From assembly GCA_030324005.1 (NCBI GenBank), contig JARDVH010000179.1, forward strand, positions 15,006,241-15,070,240: DNA of 64,000 bases, written 5' to 3'. The notes beneath the pieces were generated by a model. It searched no databases, was not told the origin of the DNA, and was given only the letters and a program-made list of their open reading frames with translations. Position numbers and translations under genes: made by a program. Below, one piece after another: positions 40,985-53,418 of the stretch. Within the stretch, counting starts at the first letter, position 1. Each line of letters opens with the position of its first letter. Source of the stretch: Negaprion brevirostris (taxonomy: Eukaryota).

Positions 40985-41340
40985 AAATGTATTTTTTCTT
41001 TATCTTTTTCATAGGATGTTGGCACCATTGGCAATTGTTTCCTATTCCTAATTGCCTTTGAACCAAGGAGCTTGCTCAACCATTTCAGAGGGCAGTTAAG
41101 AGTCATCCATATTGCTGTGGGTCTGGAGTCACATGTAGGATAGATTTTCCCTAATGGACATTACTGTACTAGATGGGTTTTTATGACAATGACAGTTTCA
41201 TTGTCACTATTATTGAGACTTGCTTTATATTAAATTAAATTCCACTAGCTGCTGTAGTGCGATTTGAACCCATGTCTACTGGACATTAGCCTGGGCTGCC
41301 AGATTAATAGTCCAGTGGCATCGCCACTACACCACTGTCT
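40985..41340 (-). mobile_element. tRNA-derived SINE, near full length
   Basis: Reverse complement of the 32190-32590 family; head at gatttgaacccatgtc...ccagtggcatcgccactacacca. Confidence 0.75.
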
Positions 41341-41783
41341 CCCTTTAGGAATTTGGGTCAAAAGCAGTTGCATCAGATCAGAACTCACTGAATGACAGAA
41401 CAGGCCAGAGGGGCTAAAGCAGCCTGCTCCTATATGGGTTTTAAGGTATTGTTTAAATTCTCTGTTCACGAATATAACATTTCTAAATATCAAATTTTTG
41501 ATCCAAAAAAGACATGCTCTTTTGGAGCCCCGAGTCTCTACGTCATAAGTTCACTGAAAGGAAGCAAATTGAAATGGCCTTACTGCTTGCAGCAAGACTG
41601 AACCTCCTACTGAGTTTCACAGTCTGTGGAATATCTTCTTGCTGAGTTCCAGGGGTGAGAGGAGGACACCAATTTTAGTTTTATTTAAACTAGTGCATTG
41701 ATGGTAACATTTTAGAAACAGATTTTCAAAGGTTTTGGACATTTTTCTTCTAGATTATGAATAGAAAAGAAATTCTGTCTCAC

Positions 41784-41849
41784 CTGCATTCCGATAATCG
41801 CATAAATGAAGAACAGCATTGCGATCAGGAGACAGACGTAAGGCAATGC
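41784..41849 (-). CDS. CACNA1A: Exon 33 (66 nt): [22 protein letters not shown] (IVS5)
   Basis: Acceptor ctttttttcag, donor CAG|gtgaga. Confidence 0.96.
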
Positions 41850-42443
41850 CTGAAAAAAAGATTCAATTACCCATTCCACTCAATTCTCCAAGTGACTCAA
41901 AAAGCAAATATTATGTATCACACAATATGATATTTCAAGTTTTATGAACATATTGATCAGGTTGTTTCCCTACTGGGAAAGCTGCTAGGTAAAATTAGAC
42001 ACCGAGATGCTGGTACTAAGAATGGAACGTCTTCAATCTTCGCCACATATTGCTGTAATTTTTTTTCTCCACGTTTCTCAGATCAATCAGCCTATAAAGC
42101 TAGTTAAAAAGCTGATTGATAAGCTGTTCGTTATTGAGTGAGAAAGCCTGCAGCATGAAGGATGATGTTAGCATCAAGAATTTCTAAATAAGTGTTGTGT
42201 GATTAGACAGAGTAAAGCTCCCTCTACTCCAACACAACCTCCCAACACCAGCCATCCTAGCAGTTCTCTTAGGAACTTACATCTTGATGTATTTTTGTGT
42301 TGTGGGCATGTACCCAGTTATACTGAAACTGGCCAAACATGGAATTCTACATCTGAAGCAGAATTTCATTCTTTCAGCCTGTACCAAGTTTGAAGCTAGT
42401 TCCCAAAGAGGAAAAAACAGCGTGTAATCTTCAGAAAAACCTA

Positions 42444-42629
<186 letters not shown>

Positions 42630-44374
42630 CTATAAAAGCGAGGTCAATGAACAAACAGGACAGTTAAACATTAATGTCTCCTTGTCTCTGCTGGTTGCAT
42701 TTGACAAGAATGGCACTTAAAGAAGACTCCCAAAAAACAAGTCTGGCCATCATCCAATCATGTAAAAGAATGGGTTTCCTTGTTAAAATATATATAGGTA
42801 TATATNNNNNNNNNNNNNNNNNNNNNNNNNNNNNNNNNNNNNNNNNNNNNNNNNNNNNNNNNNNNNNNNNNNNNNNNNNNNNNNNNNNNNNNNNNNNNNN
42901 NNNNNNNNNNNNNNNNNNNNNNNNNNNNNNNNNNNNNNNNNNNNNNNNNNNNNNNNNNNNNNNNNNNNNNNNNNNNNNNNNNNNNNNNNNNNNNNNNNNN
43001 NNNNNNNNNNNNNNNNNNNNNNNNNNNNNNNNNNNNNNNNNNNNNNNNNNNNNNNNNNNNNNNNNNNNNNNNNNNNNNNNNNNNNNNNNNNNNNNNNNNA
43101 GTTTATCAGTGGTCTGATTCAACTATCAAATACCCTCAGAATGGCAAAGAAAAATTAAAGTTGAGCAGACTTATACATATTGATATGTATAAGAAGAAAT
43201 CAAAATAAATCCTTTAACCTAACCCACTGGCTCTTCATTCATCTCATCTTCCTTTTTACTTGTTTCCATTTTGCTCTTGCCCTGCTTGTTTTAAAAACTT
43301 GTGCTTCTTGTTTCTTACATTGTTTCTTCATGGTGCTTTTTCCAAACCATATCCTTTGACACACAGTTAAGAAAGAAAGAGGCAGCAAGACTACACTACA
43401 AGGATTCTTGGGCAGATGATTATGTTCAGCACATGGAGTGGTATGAACATTTCAATTGCCTGGACACCAGGATAAAAATGTAAAAGGCTGACACAGCAGT
43501 CTTTTGGCAAGGACCATCCCACTCTTGGAACAGATTTTTATAAACACGAAAAAGTTTTTTACACTAGGCAGACGATAAATTCATTTACTTTGGGACCCTT
43601 ATTATAGAAACTTTCACCATCATTATAGACTAGATTCAACTCGGGTTTTAAAAGGTGAAAGGACACTACTAATTCATCGCTCAATATTGTCCCATCCTAA
43701 TGTATTTAATAATTTTGTTCAAATAAAGTATTCGTATTTTATTTAGTTTGCTACTTTTTAAAATTTCAAATCGTCAATGGATCACACATATATCATCAGA
43801 GTGTTAATCTCTTTCAATATATTGCTGTTTGTATGAAGGATTCTTAATAAGTCGCCCACAGATGTTTCAAAATCTCCATCACCCATATCAGGTAACAGAG
43901 GCAGCAGGTCAGTCATACACATGCATAAGTTTTAAATGCATCAGTGACCAAACACAAGGAAAGGGCCCAAAGCAGGGAGTGAGGTCCACAGGCTTGGAGG
44001 AGAAACACGAACCAAAAGGATTTTTTTCTGGCTCTAAAGCTCTAAAAAGTAATCCATTTAAAAAAAAGTGTATGTAAACAAGTGCGTTGCAATTTCAGTA
44101 CCTGTGGTAAAATCCCTTTCCCTTTAATATAATCTCATTGTATTTGATAATCCAACTATTGAAGCGTGTAGGGAAGATGCTGTTAAGATTGAAAGATAGG
44201 TTTGAGTTGAATGGTGTATTTTATAAAGGAAGAGTTGACATTAGAGAGGTGATCATAATAGGCTGAGGGTTGACAAGCTCCTTATAGATTGTGATAGTCC
44301 CTGAGCTACTACAACCTCCTCATTGAGTAAAACATTTAAAAAGGATGTCTACTGTAGGATATAACAATACGTAT

Positions 44375-44605
44375 TCTGGAGTGTAAACAAAACGTGCTGA
44401 AAAATTCAGCAGGTCTGGCAACATCTGTGGAGAAAGAAACAGAGATAACATTTCAAATCCAATAGGATTTCTTCAGAACTGAGAGTACCAAAGTCATATT
44501 GGACTCAAAACATTCAATTCTGTTTCTTTCTCTACAGAAGTTGCTGGATCTGCTGAGTTTTTTCCCAGCATTTTCATTTCTATTTCATATCTCCAGCATC
44601 TGCAG
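44375..44605. mobile_element. Penelope-derived inverted-repeat element (third family)
   Basis: tgctgaaaaattcagcaggtctggcaacatctgtggagaaagaaacaga pairs with tctgtttctttctctacagaagttgctggatctgctgagttttttcccagca; decayed hammerhead halves in the centre. Confidence 0.65.
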
Positions 44606-44868
44606 TTTCTATCTACATATTTTGGAGCTTTGTTTTTACCTTTGAGGATAAAGAGAAATTTGCTAACCCTTCCTCTGCAGATTTAATTAACTGGTTAGGC
44701 TTCACTATGCAGCAGTTAGAACAGTGAAAGTTGGAGGTTTGTTCTGCTAAATTGACTTTACACCAGTANNNNNNNNNNNNNNNNNNNNNNNNNNNNNNNN
44801 NNNNNNNNNNNNNNNNNNNNNNNNNNNNNNNNNNNNNNNNNNNNNNNNNNNNNNNNNNNNNNNNNNNN

Positions 44869-45170
44869 TAACCCCCATGACTTGCCTGGGCTTGCAAAAT
44901 CTCACTAACTGTCCTGTCTGGAGACAATACACATCTCTTTAACCTATGCTTAAAGCTATCTCCACTCACATTGTCTGCACCTTTAAGACTTGATTAGCTG
45001 TAAAAACTCGCATTCTAATCAGTATTCCGTAAACTGAGTCTTTACATCCCCTGTTTGTGATCAGAACTCTCTACTCACCAGACGAAGGGTCAGAGGCCCG
45101 AAAGCTAGTGGCTTTTGCTACCAAATAAACTTGTTGGATTTTAACCTGGTGTTGTGAGACTTCTTACTGA
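44869..45170 (+). mobile_element. Penelope 3' terminal region with a variant hammerhead motif (45076-45110)
   Basis: Homologous to 49303-49607; ends ctaccaaataaacttgttggattttaacctggtgttgtgagacttcttact. Confidence 0.7.
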
Positions 45171-45471
45171 GCTGGATACAATAAAGGGAATCTGGCATGG
45201 GATGTATTGTCATCCTAACCCACACTGCACTTCTATAGAAACAAAGGACTTAATCGCCTTGGAATAAGTTCAATGCTACTGGGGTGTGGATTTGATGCAA
45301 TTCTTTAAGAGAGAGCTGGTGCAGGCTTGGGTGGAAGCCACAACAAAATCCAAAGCCATGCCAAAAAACACAATCCAAGTAAGCGCCAGCGATTCACAAT
45401 TCAGCGCTGCATAGCATGCCAAGGGTACTTAGTTTGTGTATGCATTAGGCTCAAAAAAATTACAAACCAAC

Positions 45472-45477
45472 CGTGGT
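45472..45477 (-). CDS. CACNA1A: Candidate 6-nt alternative microexon e31a (ACC ACG = Thr-Thr) in the IVS3-S4 loop
   Basis: Minus strand reads catctacatatag|ACCACG|gttggtttg. Phase 0-0, located in intron 31, upstream YCAY cluster, non-repetitive context. Inferred; no transcript evidence. Confidence 0.65.
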
Positions 45478-45479
45478 CT

Positions 45480-45620
45480 ATATGTAGATGTTGTTGATGG
45501 ATGATTGTAATTGGATTGCATTGGGATTGGTTTGCAACCAGTTTTAAAATTAGTTGGCATGGACACACAGACGGATACATGGATGACACATGAATTTCAT
45601 AGTGCATTTTGATTGGATGA
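45480..45620 (-). promoter_or_regulatory. YCAY cluster (putative Nova-binding splicing element) upstream of the candidate microexon
   Basis: About 7 TCAT/CCAT motifs on the pre-mRNA strand, e.g. tcatgtgtcatccat and tcatccatc. Confidence 0.5.
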
Positions 45621-46859
45621 ATTATTTCAGAAGGCGTTGTGCCAATAAAGCACAGATTAAAGACAGCATGTGAAAAGACAAAACAAGAAATACAGCAATC
45701 ATTATTGGCAGTTCGTTTTCTTTTATCGGCAATGATCTATATCAAAATACAATAGCAACAGACTGGTTCAGACAGTAATAGTGCACACTGGCTGCAGATT
45801 TTGGTCAGGAAATAACAATTAACACACGTGTATACATATACACACATTATTAGTCGACAGTTTGTTTTTAATTTGCCCTCTGGATATTTGGCACTATTTT
45901 CCTCACAATGTTTGCATAGTGATTATATAAAAAGCACCCATTAGCAGAGATTTTTCTCATTTTCTTAATTCTGCTACTAATTTGGATAAAAATAACTGGA
46001 AAGATCACACCATACCCAATTGGAAAATTGTCTGACTTCCAGGTTGAAAAAATAGTGCCCAAAAATAACCATCAGGTGGTGAGAGAGCACCAGTACCATT
46101 CAAAGGTAAGTGTTAGTATAGTNNNNNNNNNNATAGTTGATTTGTTTCAGAAGGCCTGTATATTGTTAAGTCTCTGTCAGTATACATATCGCTTATATAC
46201 ATTAAGGTTAGGTAAAAAAAACTGGTTACAGCAAACCTAATTCCTCATTTTCTCGTTTCTGCGCAATGCCCAAGTGGTTGGACCAATCTTTTACTATATA
46301 ACAATGATCAGGTGTCTCGCAAAATATCCATTCCATTTCTCACTTTTACATAGCCTTCCCAAAAGGCTGCTAATAATTGAACAGGTGCTTGGCAAACTCC
46401 TTATTTGCATTTATAAACGCACAATACAAACATTGTAGGGGTACTTAAACACAATATTATAATGAAGATAAGGCATGGTCCTTCACTCTCCCAAATACTT
46501 TTCCACTAAGGCATTGTCTCTTTGAAATGTTTAAGACTTTCATCCTTTAATTGTAAAAGTGCTTACAACACATAACAAAATGAGAACATCTATGTGTTTT
46601 GATCCATAACACTATGTACTATTTTCTATTTCTGCTATTCTTCTTTGCTAAACAGGAGTGGACAAGTTTACTTCTTGTTATAGAATATACCATTGCACAA
46701 AGTTTCATATCATATTTTAACAACATTTCATCCTGAAGAAGTAAAATATGGGAAATTTGTAATTTCTTTAAAATGTCAGCAGAATCTGTAATTGCTTTAA
46801 AGAATGTTTGAACTTGCATCAATTGTAAAGGGATTAGTTAGCAAGTATTAGCGAGAGAC

Positions 46860-48055
46860 AACATGGTTTTGTGAGGGGAAGGTCATGTCTCACTAACTTG
46901 ATTGAGTTTTTAGAAAAAGTGATGAAGATGATTGATGAGCGGAGGGCAGTGGATGTTGTCTACATGGACTTCAGAAAGTTCTTTGACAAGGTCCCTCACA
47001 GCAGACTGGTACAGAAGTTGAAGTCGCACAGAATCAGAGGTGAGCTAGCAAGATGGACACAGAACTGGCTCGATCATAGAAGACAGAGGGTTGTGACAAG
47101 TGGCGTTCCTCAGGGATCAGTGCTGTTTGTGACATATAAAAATGATTTGTAGAAAAATGTAACTGGTTTGATTAGTAAGTTTGCAGACGACACAAAGTTT
47201 GGTGGAATTGCAGATAGCGATGAGGACCGTNNNNNNNNNNNNNNNNNNNNNNNNNNNNNNNNNNNNNNNNNNNNNNNNNNNNNNNNNNNNNNNNNNNNNN
47301 NNNNNNNNNNNNNNNNNNNNNNNNNNNNNNNNNNNNNNNNNNNNNNNNNNNNNNNNNNNNNNNNNNNNNNNNNGGCAGAGGGATCTGGGTGTACACGTAC
47401 AGAGGTCACTGAAAGTGGCAACGCAGTGGAGAAGGTAGTGAAGAAGGCATACGGCATGCTTGCCTTCATCGGCCGGGCATCGTTTAAAAATTGGCAACAA
47501 ATTGGCAGTTTTATAAAACCTTGGTTAGGCCACACTATTTCTCAATTCTGATCACTGCACTACCACAATAATGTGGAGGTTTTGGAGAGGGTACAGAAAA
47601 AATTTACCAGGATGTTGCCTGTATAGAGGACATTAGCTTTGAGGAGAGATTGGAAAAACTTGGTTTGTTCTCACTAGATTGATGGAGGTTGAGGGGTGAC
47701 CTGAAGTTTACAAGATTATGAGGGGCATGGACAGAGTGGATAGTCAGAAGCTCTTTCCCAGGGTGGAAGAGTCAATTACTAGGGGGCATAGGTCTAAGGT
47801 CCAAGGATCAAGTTTTAAAGGCAAGTTTTTCTTACACAGAGGATGGTGGGTGCCTGAAACTCGTTGCTGGGGAGGTAGTGGAAACAAATGCAATTATGAC
47901 TTTTAACGGGTGTCTGGACAAAAATATGAATAGGACAGGAATGGAGGGATGTGGTCCCCAGAAGGGTTGGGGATTTTAGTTCAGACAGGCAGCGTGGTCG
48001 GTGCAGGCTTGGAGGGCCAAAGGGCCTGTTCCTGGGCTGTAATTTTCTTTGTTCT
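46860..48055 (+). mobile_element. CR1 LINE, 5'-truncated (RT plus 3' tail), gapped
   Basis: RGRSCLTNLIEF, AVDVVYMDFRKFFDKVPH, SGVPQGSVL, ISKFADDTK, RDLGVHV; tail gggccaaagggcctgttcct. Confidence 0.9.
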
Positions 48056-48509
48056 AATTGTACTTTTCTTGGATAATGGGACATACTAGTCCATGTGACC
48101 TAGCAACCTTTAACATGGAAGCAGTACCAACAGAAAAGAAGTTAAGATCTGCTTGCCAGGTGGACAGACACAAAGGAAAGATGCAGGCATAAAGGGCAAC
48201 TGCAAGCATAGGAGCTGCAGGATGAAGGTGATCAGTGCACAGATGTAGACACAAAGAGAAAGCAGATAAAGACAGAAGTAGAAACTCAGATATCCTGCGA
48301 GAAGAAACAAATCTTTCTCCAGAAGAGTTCACTTTTTCTGTTTGGCAGAGAAGGAAGCAGGAGCATTTGGAGGGATTGTTGGGGCAGGCTTGATGGGCTG
48401 AATGACCTCCTTCTGTACTGTAGGAATTCTGGCTAGAATGATGTAAAGCCTGGAAAGTTGTGTGAATAACTCAGAGACACTGCTGGCTGCTTTCTGAGAA
48501 GTGGCCAAA

Positions 48510-49645
48510 ACATCTTGCCAGGGCCATCCCCACACCCCCACTTCTTGCCTTCAAACAACCGCACAACCTCAAACAGACCGTTGTTCGCAGCAAACTACCC
48601 AGCCTTCAGGAGAACAGTGACCACAACACCACACAACNNNNNNNNNNNNNNNNNNNNNNNNNNNNNNNNNNNNNNNNNNNNNNNNNNNNNNNNNNNNNNN
48701 NNNNNNNNNNNNNNNNNNNNNNNNNNNNNNNNNNNNNAAGCTAATCCCAATTGCGCATGTTTGGCCCATATCTCTCTATATCCATCCTATGCATTTAACT
48801 GTCTAAATGCTTTATAAAACATTTAAAATTGTACCCGCCTCTACTACTACCTCTGATAGCTTGTTCCAGACACTCACTACCCTCTGAGTGATAAAATTAC
48901 CAGCATGTCTTTCGGACTATGGGAGGAAACTGGAGCACCCAGAGGAAACCCATGCAGATATGGAGAGAATGTGCAAACTCCACGCAAACAGTGACCCAAG
49001 CCAGGAACGGAACCCGGTCCTGGGAGGAGAGAAGAAAATGTTAGATTTCCTTGTATCCTTTGTGCTAAGAAGTGTTTCCTGACATCACCCCTGAACAGTG
49101 TAGCTCTAATTTCGAAGTTTATCCCCTCGCTCTGCACTTCCCCACCAAGGAAAATAATCCCTCTGACCTTCGGGTAAGCGTTCTCCAAGGTGGCCTCCAT
49201 GACACACGACAGCGCAAAGTCGCTGAGCAGAGACTGATAGCCAAGTTCCGCACACGTGAGGACAGCCTCAACTGAGATCTTGGGTTCATGTCACACTACC
49301 TGTAACCCCTACGACTTGCCTGGAGTTGCAAAATCTCACTCACTGTTCTGGTTGAAGACAATACACATCTCTTTAACCTGTGCCTAACGCATTCTCCACT
49401 CACATTGTTTTTACTTTTAAGACCTGATTACCAGTAAAGACTCACATTCCAGCCATTATCTTGTAAATTGAGTTTGTGACTTTATATGCCCAGTTAGTGA
49501 ACAGAGCTCCCACTTACCTGATGAAGGAGCAGTGCTCCGAAAGCTAGTGGCTTGTGCTACCAAATCAACCTGTTGGACTTTAACCTGGTGTTGTGAGACT
49601 TCTTACTGTGTTTACCCAATCCAACGCCGGCATCTCCCCCTCATG
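48510..49645 (+). mobile_element. Penelope-like retroelement 3' portion (linker, GIY-YIG C-terminus, terminal region), interrupted by a gap and CR1/HE1 pieces (48740-49160)
   Basis: PPLLAFKQPHNLKQTVVRSKLP at 48535-48600; SDLRVSVLQGGLHDTRQRKVAEQRLIAKFRTREDSLN*DLGFMSHY at 49162-49300; hammerhead at 49515. Confidence 0.75.
49515..49549 (+). ncRNA. Minimal type I hammerhead ribozyme motif in a Penelope terminal region
   Basis: tac CTGATGA a GGAGC agt GCTCC GAAA GCT A gtg: intact core, 5-bp stem II, palindromic AGCT in place of stem III, short stem I. Confidence 0.7.
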
Positions 49646-50029
49646 ACAACTTTCTTCCCAGCAGGTTGGTTGCTATGGATCTCCAGCCCTTTCTGTCCAG
49701 TGTTGTCCTTCCACCTCCCACAATAACCCACTGCCTCGAGTCCATTATATCCATCATCCATTTTCTCTTCTGCTCCCCTCTCCTACCTTTTCTCTCGACC
49801 CATCTCTCCAATTATTGATGAGACTACATAGAAACACAGAAATATAAAAATGAGAAGCAGGAGTAGGCCATTCAGCCCTTCAGGCCTGCTTTGCCATTCA
49901 TTTTAGTCATGGCTGATCATCAAATTCAATATCGTGAACCCGCCAACTGCATCTCGAATACTGAATACTGTTCTGATTGCCTCATTTGAGGAAGGATGCA
50001 TATGAGTTGGAGGCAGTTCTGAGGAGGTT

Positions 50030-50402
50030 TACTCAATTGATGCCTGGAATGAGCTGATTTATGAGGATAGGTTGGACAGGCTGGACTTGTTTCTGCTGGA
50101 GTTGAGAAGAGTGAAGGGTGACTTGACCGAAGAATAGAAGATCCTGAACGGTCTTCACAAGATGGACGTGGAAAGGATGTTTCCTCTTGTGGGTGAGTCA
50201 GAATTAGGGTGAATTGTTTTAAAATTATAGTAAGAAGTCTCACAACACCCTGATCAGAGAACCTTCCGCCCACCTGACAAAGGAACACCGTTTCTGAAAG
50301 CTTGTGGGATTACTATCAAATAAACTGGTTGGACTTAAACCTGGTGTTGTGAGGATTCTTACTGTGTTTACCCCAGTTTAAGGCTGGCATCTCTACATCA
50401 TG
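50030..50402 (+). mobile_element. CR1 fragment (50030-50222) followed by a Penelope terminal fragment with an inverted 5' piece and a hammerhead motif (50271-50306)
   Basis: agtaagaagtctcacaacacc at 50229 is the inverse of ggtgttgtgagacttcttact; cac CTGACAA a ggaac acc gtttct GAAA GCTT gtg. Confidence 0.65.
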
Positions 50403-52339
50403 CTAATTCAATCCAGGGCCGGGAGAGGATGGTGCAGTCCTAATCATCTGGGTGCCTGCCTTCAGGGGCAGAGGCTTGGGCAGCACTGCACCCTTTCTCA
50501 AGGGGTCACCTGCTTGCTGGATGTGCACCCAATCAAGTGGGTAGTGGTTCCAGCGTTTGAAATCTGATCGGCCTGGAGCGAGCATTCAAGTCTGAGTGGC
50601 CATTTGCTTTGATAGGTGCATTCTGGTTGGTGTAGTCCTCTCTTGACCCTCCTCTTGCCCTCCCACATAGGTGCCAGCCCATTAAAGAGCTACAGGAATC
50701 AAGGAGGAGAAGCTAGGAGGAGCAGCAACAGTGAAGTCCAGGACAGCTGAATTATTAGACAGGGTTCTGAGGAAGAGTATGAGGATGGAACATTCTTTAT
50801 GGGCTAAATGGCCTTTTTTGCTTTGATTTCTTAAATTTATTTTTTCTTATGATTCATAATTTAACAATTATTTAAATCTTGTTTATGGCTGATGCAGAGT
50901 AAACATGACCTCTAAGCTATGGAACGTGAGAAATTACTTAGTACAAACTTGTGATATAGTTTGGGAGTATGAGGAGAAGTAAAACATTAAGAAGGGAAGT
51001 CTGTATTCTGTACCATTTTGACTGAACTCCTTTTGGCTGATGTTGATTCACAATGCCTAGTTTCAGATGAAGATATTTTGCAGCCACTTTAATTGGGATC
51101 AATTTTAACAGCAAGTGTGCAAAGACAGGCAGGTGCGAAAGAGGGTAGTTGGGAAAATAACACATAATGATTCCTACCAGTTGAAGATTGGATGGTTGTG
51201 GGCATAGGAAGTCCTTACTTAGTGTCGTTAATTGGTTCTGGAAAATGCAACATTCTGAGGCTCAAAAGTACCTTGTCAGATTGCTTGCTCCCCACCTTAC
51301 CTGAGACCCAGCTGTTGCAGGTTCAACAGGGGAGAATTAATGCAAAACAGCAGCAATGCAATGCAAAAGAAGAGTTCTAATTGGAGAGTGGAATTAAAGC
51401 AAAAAATTCTACAGAGTGACATTATAATGTGGAGAAATGTTCTCAAAGGTTCCTGCAGAAGGGACGAGGAGCTTTTCTGGGCAATAAAGGCTTTGAGTTT
51501 CTTTGTTGGAACTGAAGAAGCATTCCTTCTCTCCAGGTCCGGGATGCTATGGTAGTTCCTTTCTCAAGCTCCAGTTGAAATGCCATCAGGACACATTGAC
51601 ATCAAATGATCCTGTTTATCATTTATGCAGGAGGACCACACTCAAGTCCAACAAATGTATCATCTACTGCCAAGACCAGCAAGATCAGAACAAGAGATAG
51701 AGCCATCCTATTTTAATTGATAATCACCCACTAGCCCCTCCCACAGTAATTCTGTGAACAGTAATGTTGAGTCTCACAACTTGAGATTGAAAATAGTGTT
51801 AATTAGCACAAACAAATTATGAGTAGAAATAATTTATGAAATAGATCAGAAATAAATGTTGCAATATCCTAAATTAAGATTTTTGATAGATTGAGGCACT
51901 ACATTAGTGAATCATCAGAGGCATACGATGCTGATGTAATAATGATGCAAAACAAAATGATTCAGTAACAGATCTGGAGGGAGCAGTAGTTCCAACCTCG
52001 TCCCAATAAGCATATAGTGGCCGAGAATAAAGAGCAATGGTTTTAATGAACTACATTCTCAAGGAGCTTACTTTGGGAGGTCCTCACATGACGAAACAAT
52101 CCCTATCCTACCTAATCCGCTTGGTAGCATATTGCTTCCAATTTAAGATTCCTGTCGTCATATTAAGCTCACTTCATGGACTCTCCCTATTTCTGCAAGT
52201 TCCTCTATCCCTATGTCTTCATACTAAATCCTGTTATTCTCACTTTGATCGCTTGTTTATTCCCTGACGTCCGTTTCCCTATCCCTTTGGTTATCATGCC
52301 TTCAACTGCCTGGATTCCACAACTTTTTTCTGTAAAATA

Positions 52340-53215
52340 TAGAACTGATCTCAGAGAGCTATCTAATTCATCCCTCTCCTCTGGTCTTTCCCAATAGCCT
52401 TGTAAGTTGCTCCTTTTCAAATATATATTTAATTCTCTTTTGATTGCTACAAATTGAATCTACTCCTTTTGAACAGCAATTTCATGTTATAACAACACGT
52501 AAAAAACACCTCCTTCTGTTCTTTTTGCCAACTATGTTAACTCTCTGCCTTCTGGTTTCTGAATCCCTTGCCAGTGCATACCGTTTCTCTTTAATTATTC
52601 CATCTAAACCATAATTTTAACATCTGTATGAAGTTACACATTAACCTTCTCTGCTCAAAGAAGAGTCCCAACTCTTCAGTCTATCTACATAACTGAAATC
52701 CCTCATCACTGGTACCATTCTAGCAAATCTCCTTCTGCACCCCGTTCAAGCACTTGACATCCTTGCTACAGTGCGATGCTCAGATTTGTCTACAACCTGT
52801 CTACACTTCCCGCTGCCTCGGCAAAGCAGCCAGCATAATTAAAGACCGCACGCAACCAGACATTCTCTCTTCCATCTTCTTCCGCCAGGAAAAAGATACA
52901 AAAGTTTGAGGTCACATACAAATTGGCTCAAGAACAGCTTCCTCCCTGTTGCTGTCAGACTTTTGAATGGACTTACCTCGTATGAAGTTGATCGTTCTCT
53001 ACACCCTAGCTATGACTGTAACACTACATTCTGCATTCTCTCGTTTCCTTCTCTATGAACGGTAAGTTTTGTCTGTATAGTGTACAAGAAACAATACTTT
53101 TCACTGTATGTTAATACATGTGACAATAATAGATCAAATCAAATCAGATTTGGACACAATACTCAAGCTTAATCTATGATAAATAAGGGTTTAACGTCGC
53201 CTCCTTGCTTTTCCT
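52340..53215. mobile_element. Old CR1 fragment (minus) with a younger Rex1/Babar-like 3' end inserted at about 52795-53147 (plus)
   Basis: CR1 sequence resumes after the insert with tcagatttg repeated on both sides; the insert reads cgctgcctcggcaaagcagccagcataattaaagacc...tcaagaacagcttc... and has a (tcaaa)n tail. Confidence 0.65.
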
Positions 53216-53334
53216 ATTTCTTCATCATGTGTTATTAAATTGTGAATCTCACTCAGAAACAGAAGTAGAGTTATGTAGGAAATGGTGTTGTCATGGTTGC
53301 TTTTCATTGCATAAGATTTTTAATGTATACTTAC

Positions 53335-53418
53335 CCAGAATTCCGTCACTAATATATCAGTGACACTGCCCAGGACTGTGACAAAATCAAATATATTCCA
53401 AGCATCCTGAAAATAGTT
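53335..53418 (-). CDS. CACNA1A: Exon 31 (84 nt): [28 protein letters not shown] (IVS3)
   Basis: Acceptor ttttgctttgcag, donor TGG|gtaagt; WNIFDF motif of S3. Confidence 0.95.
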
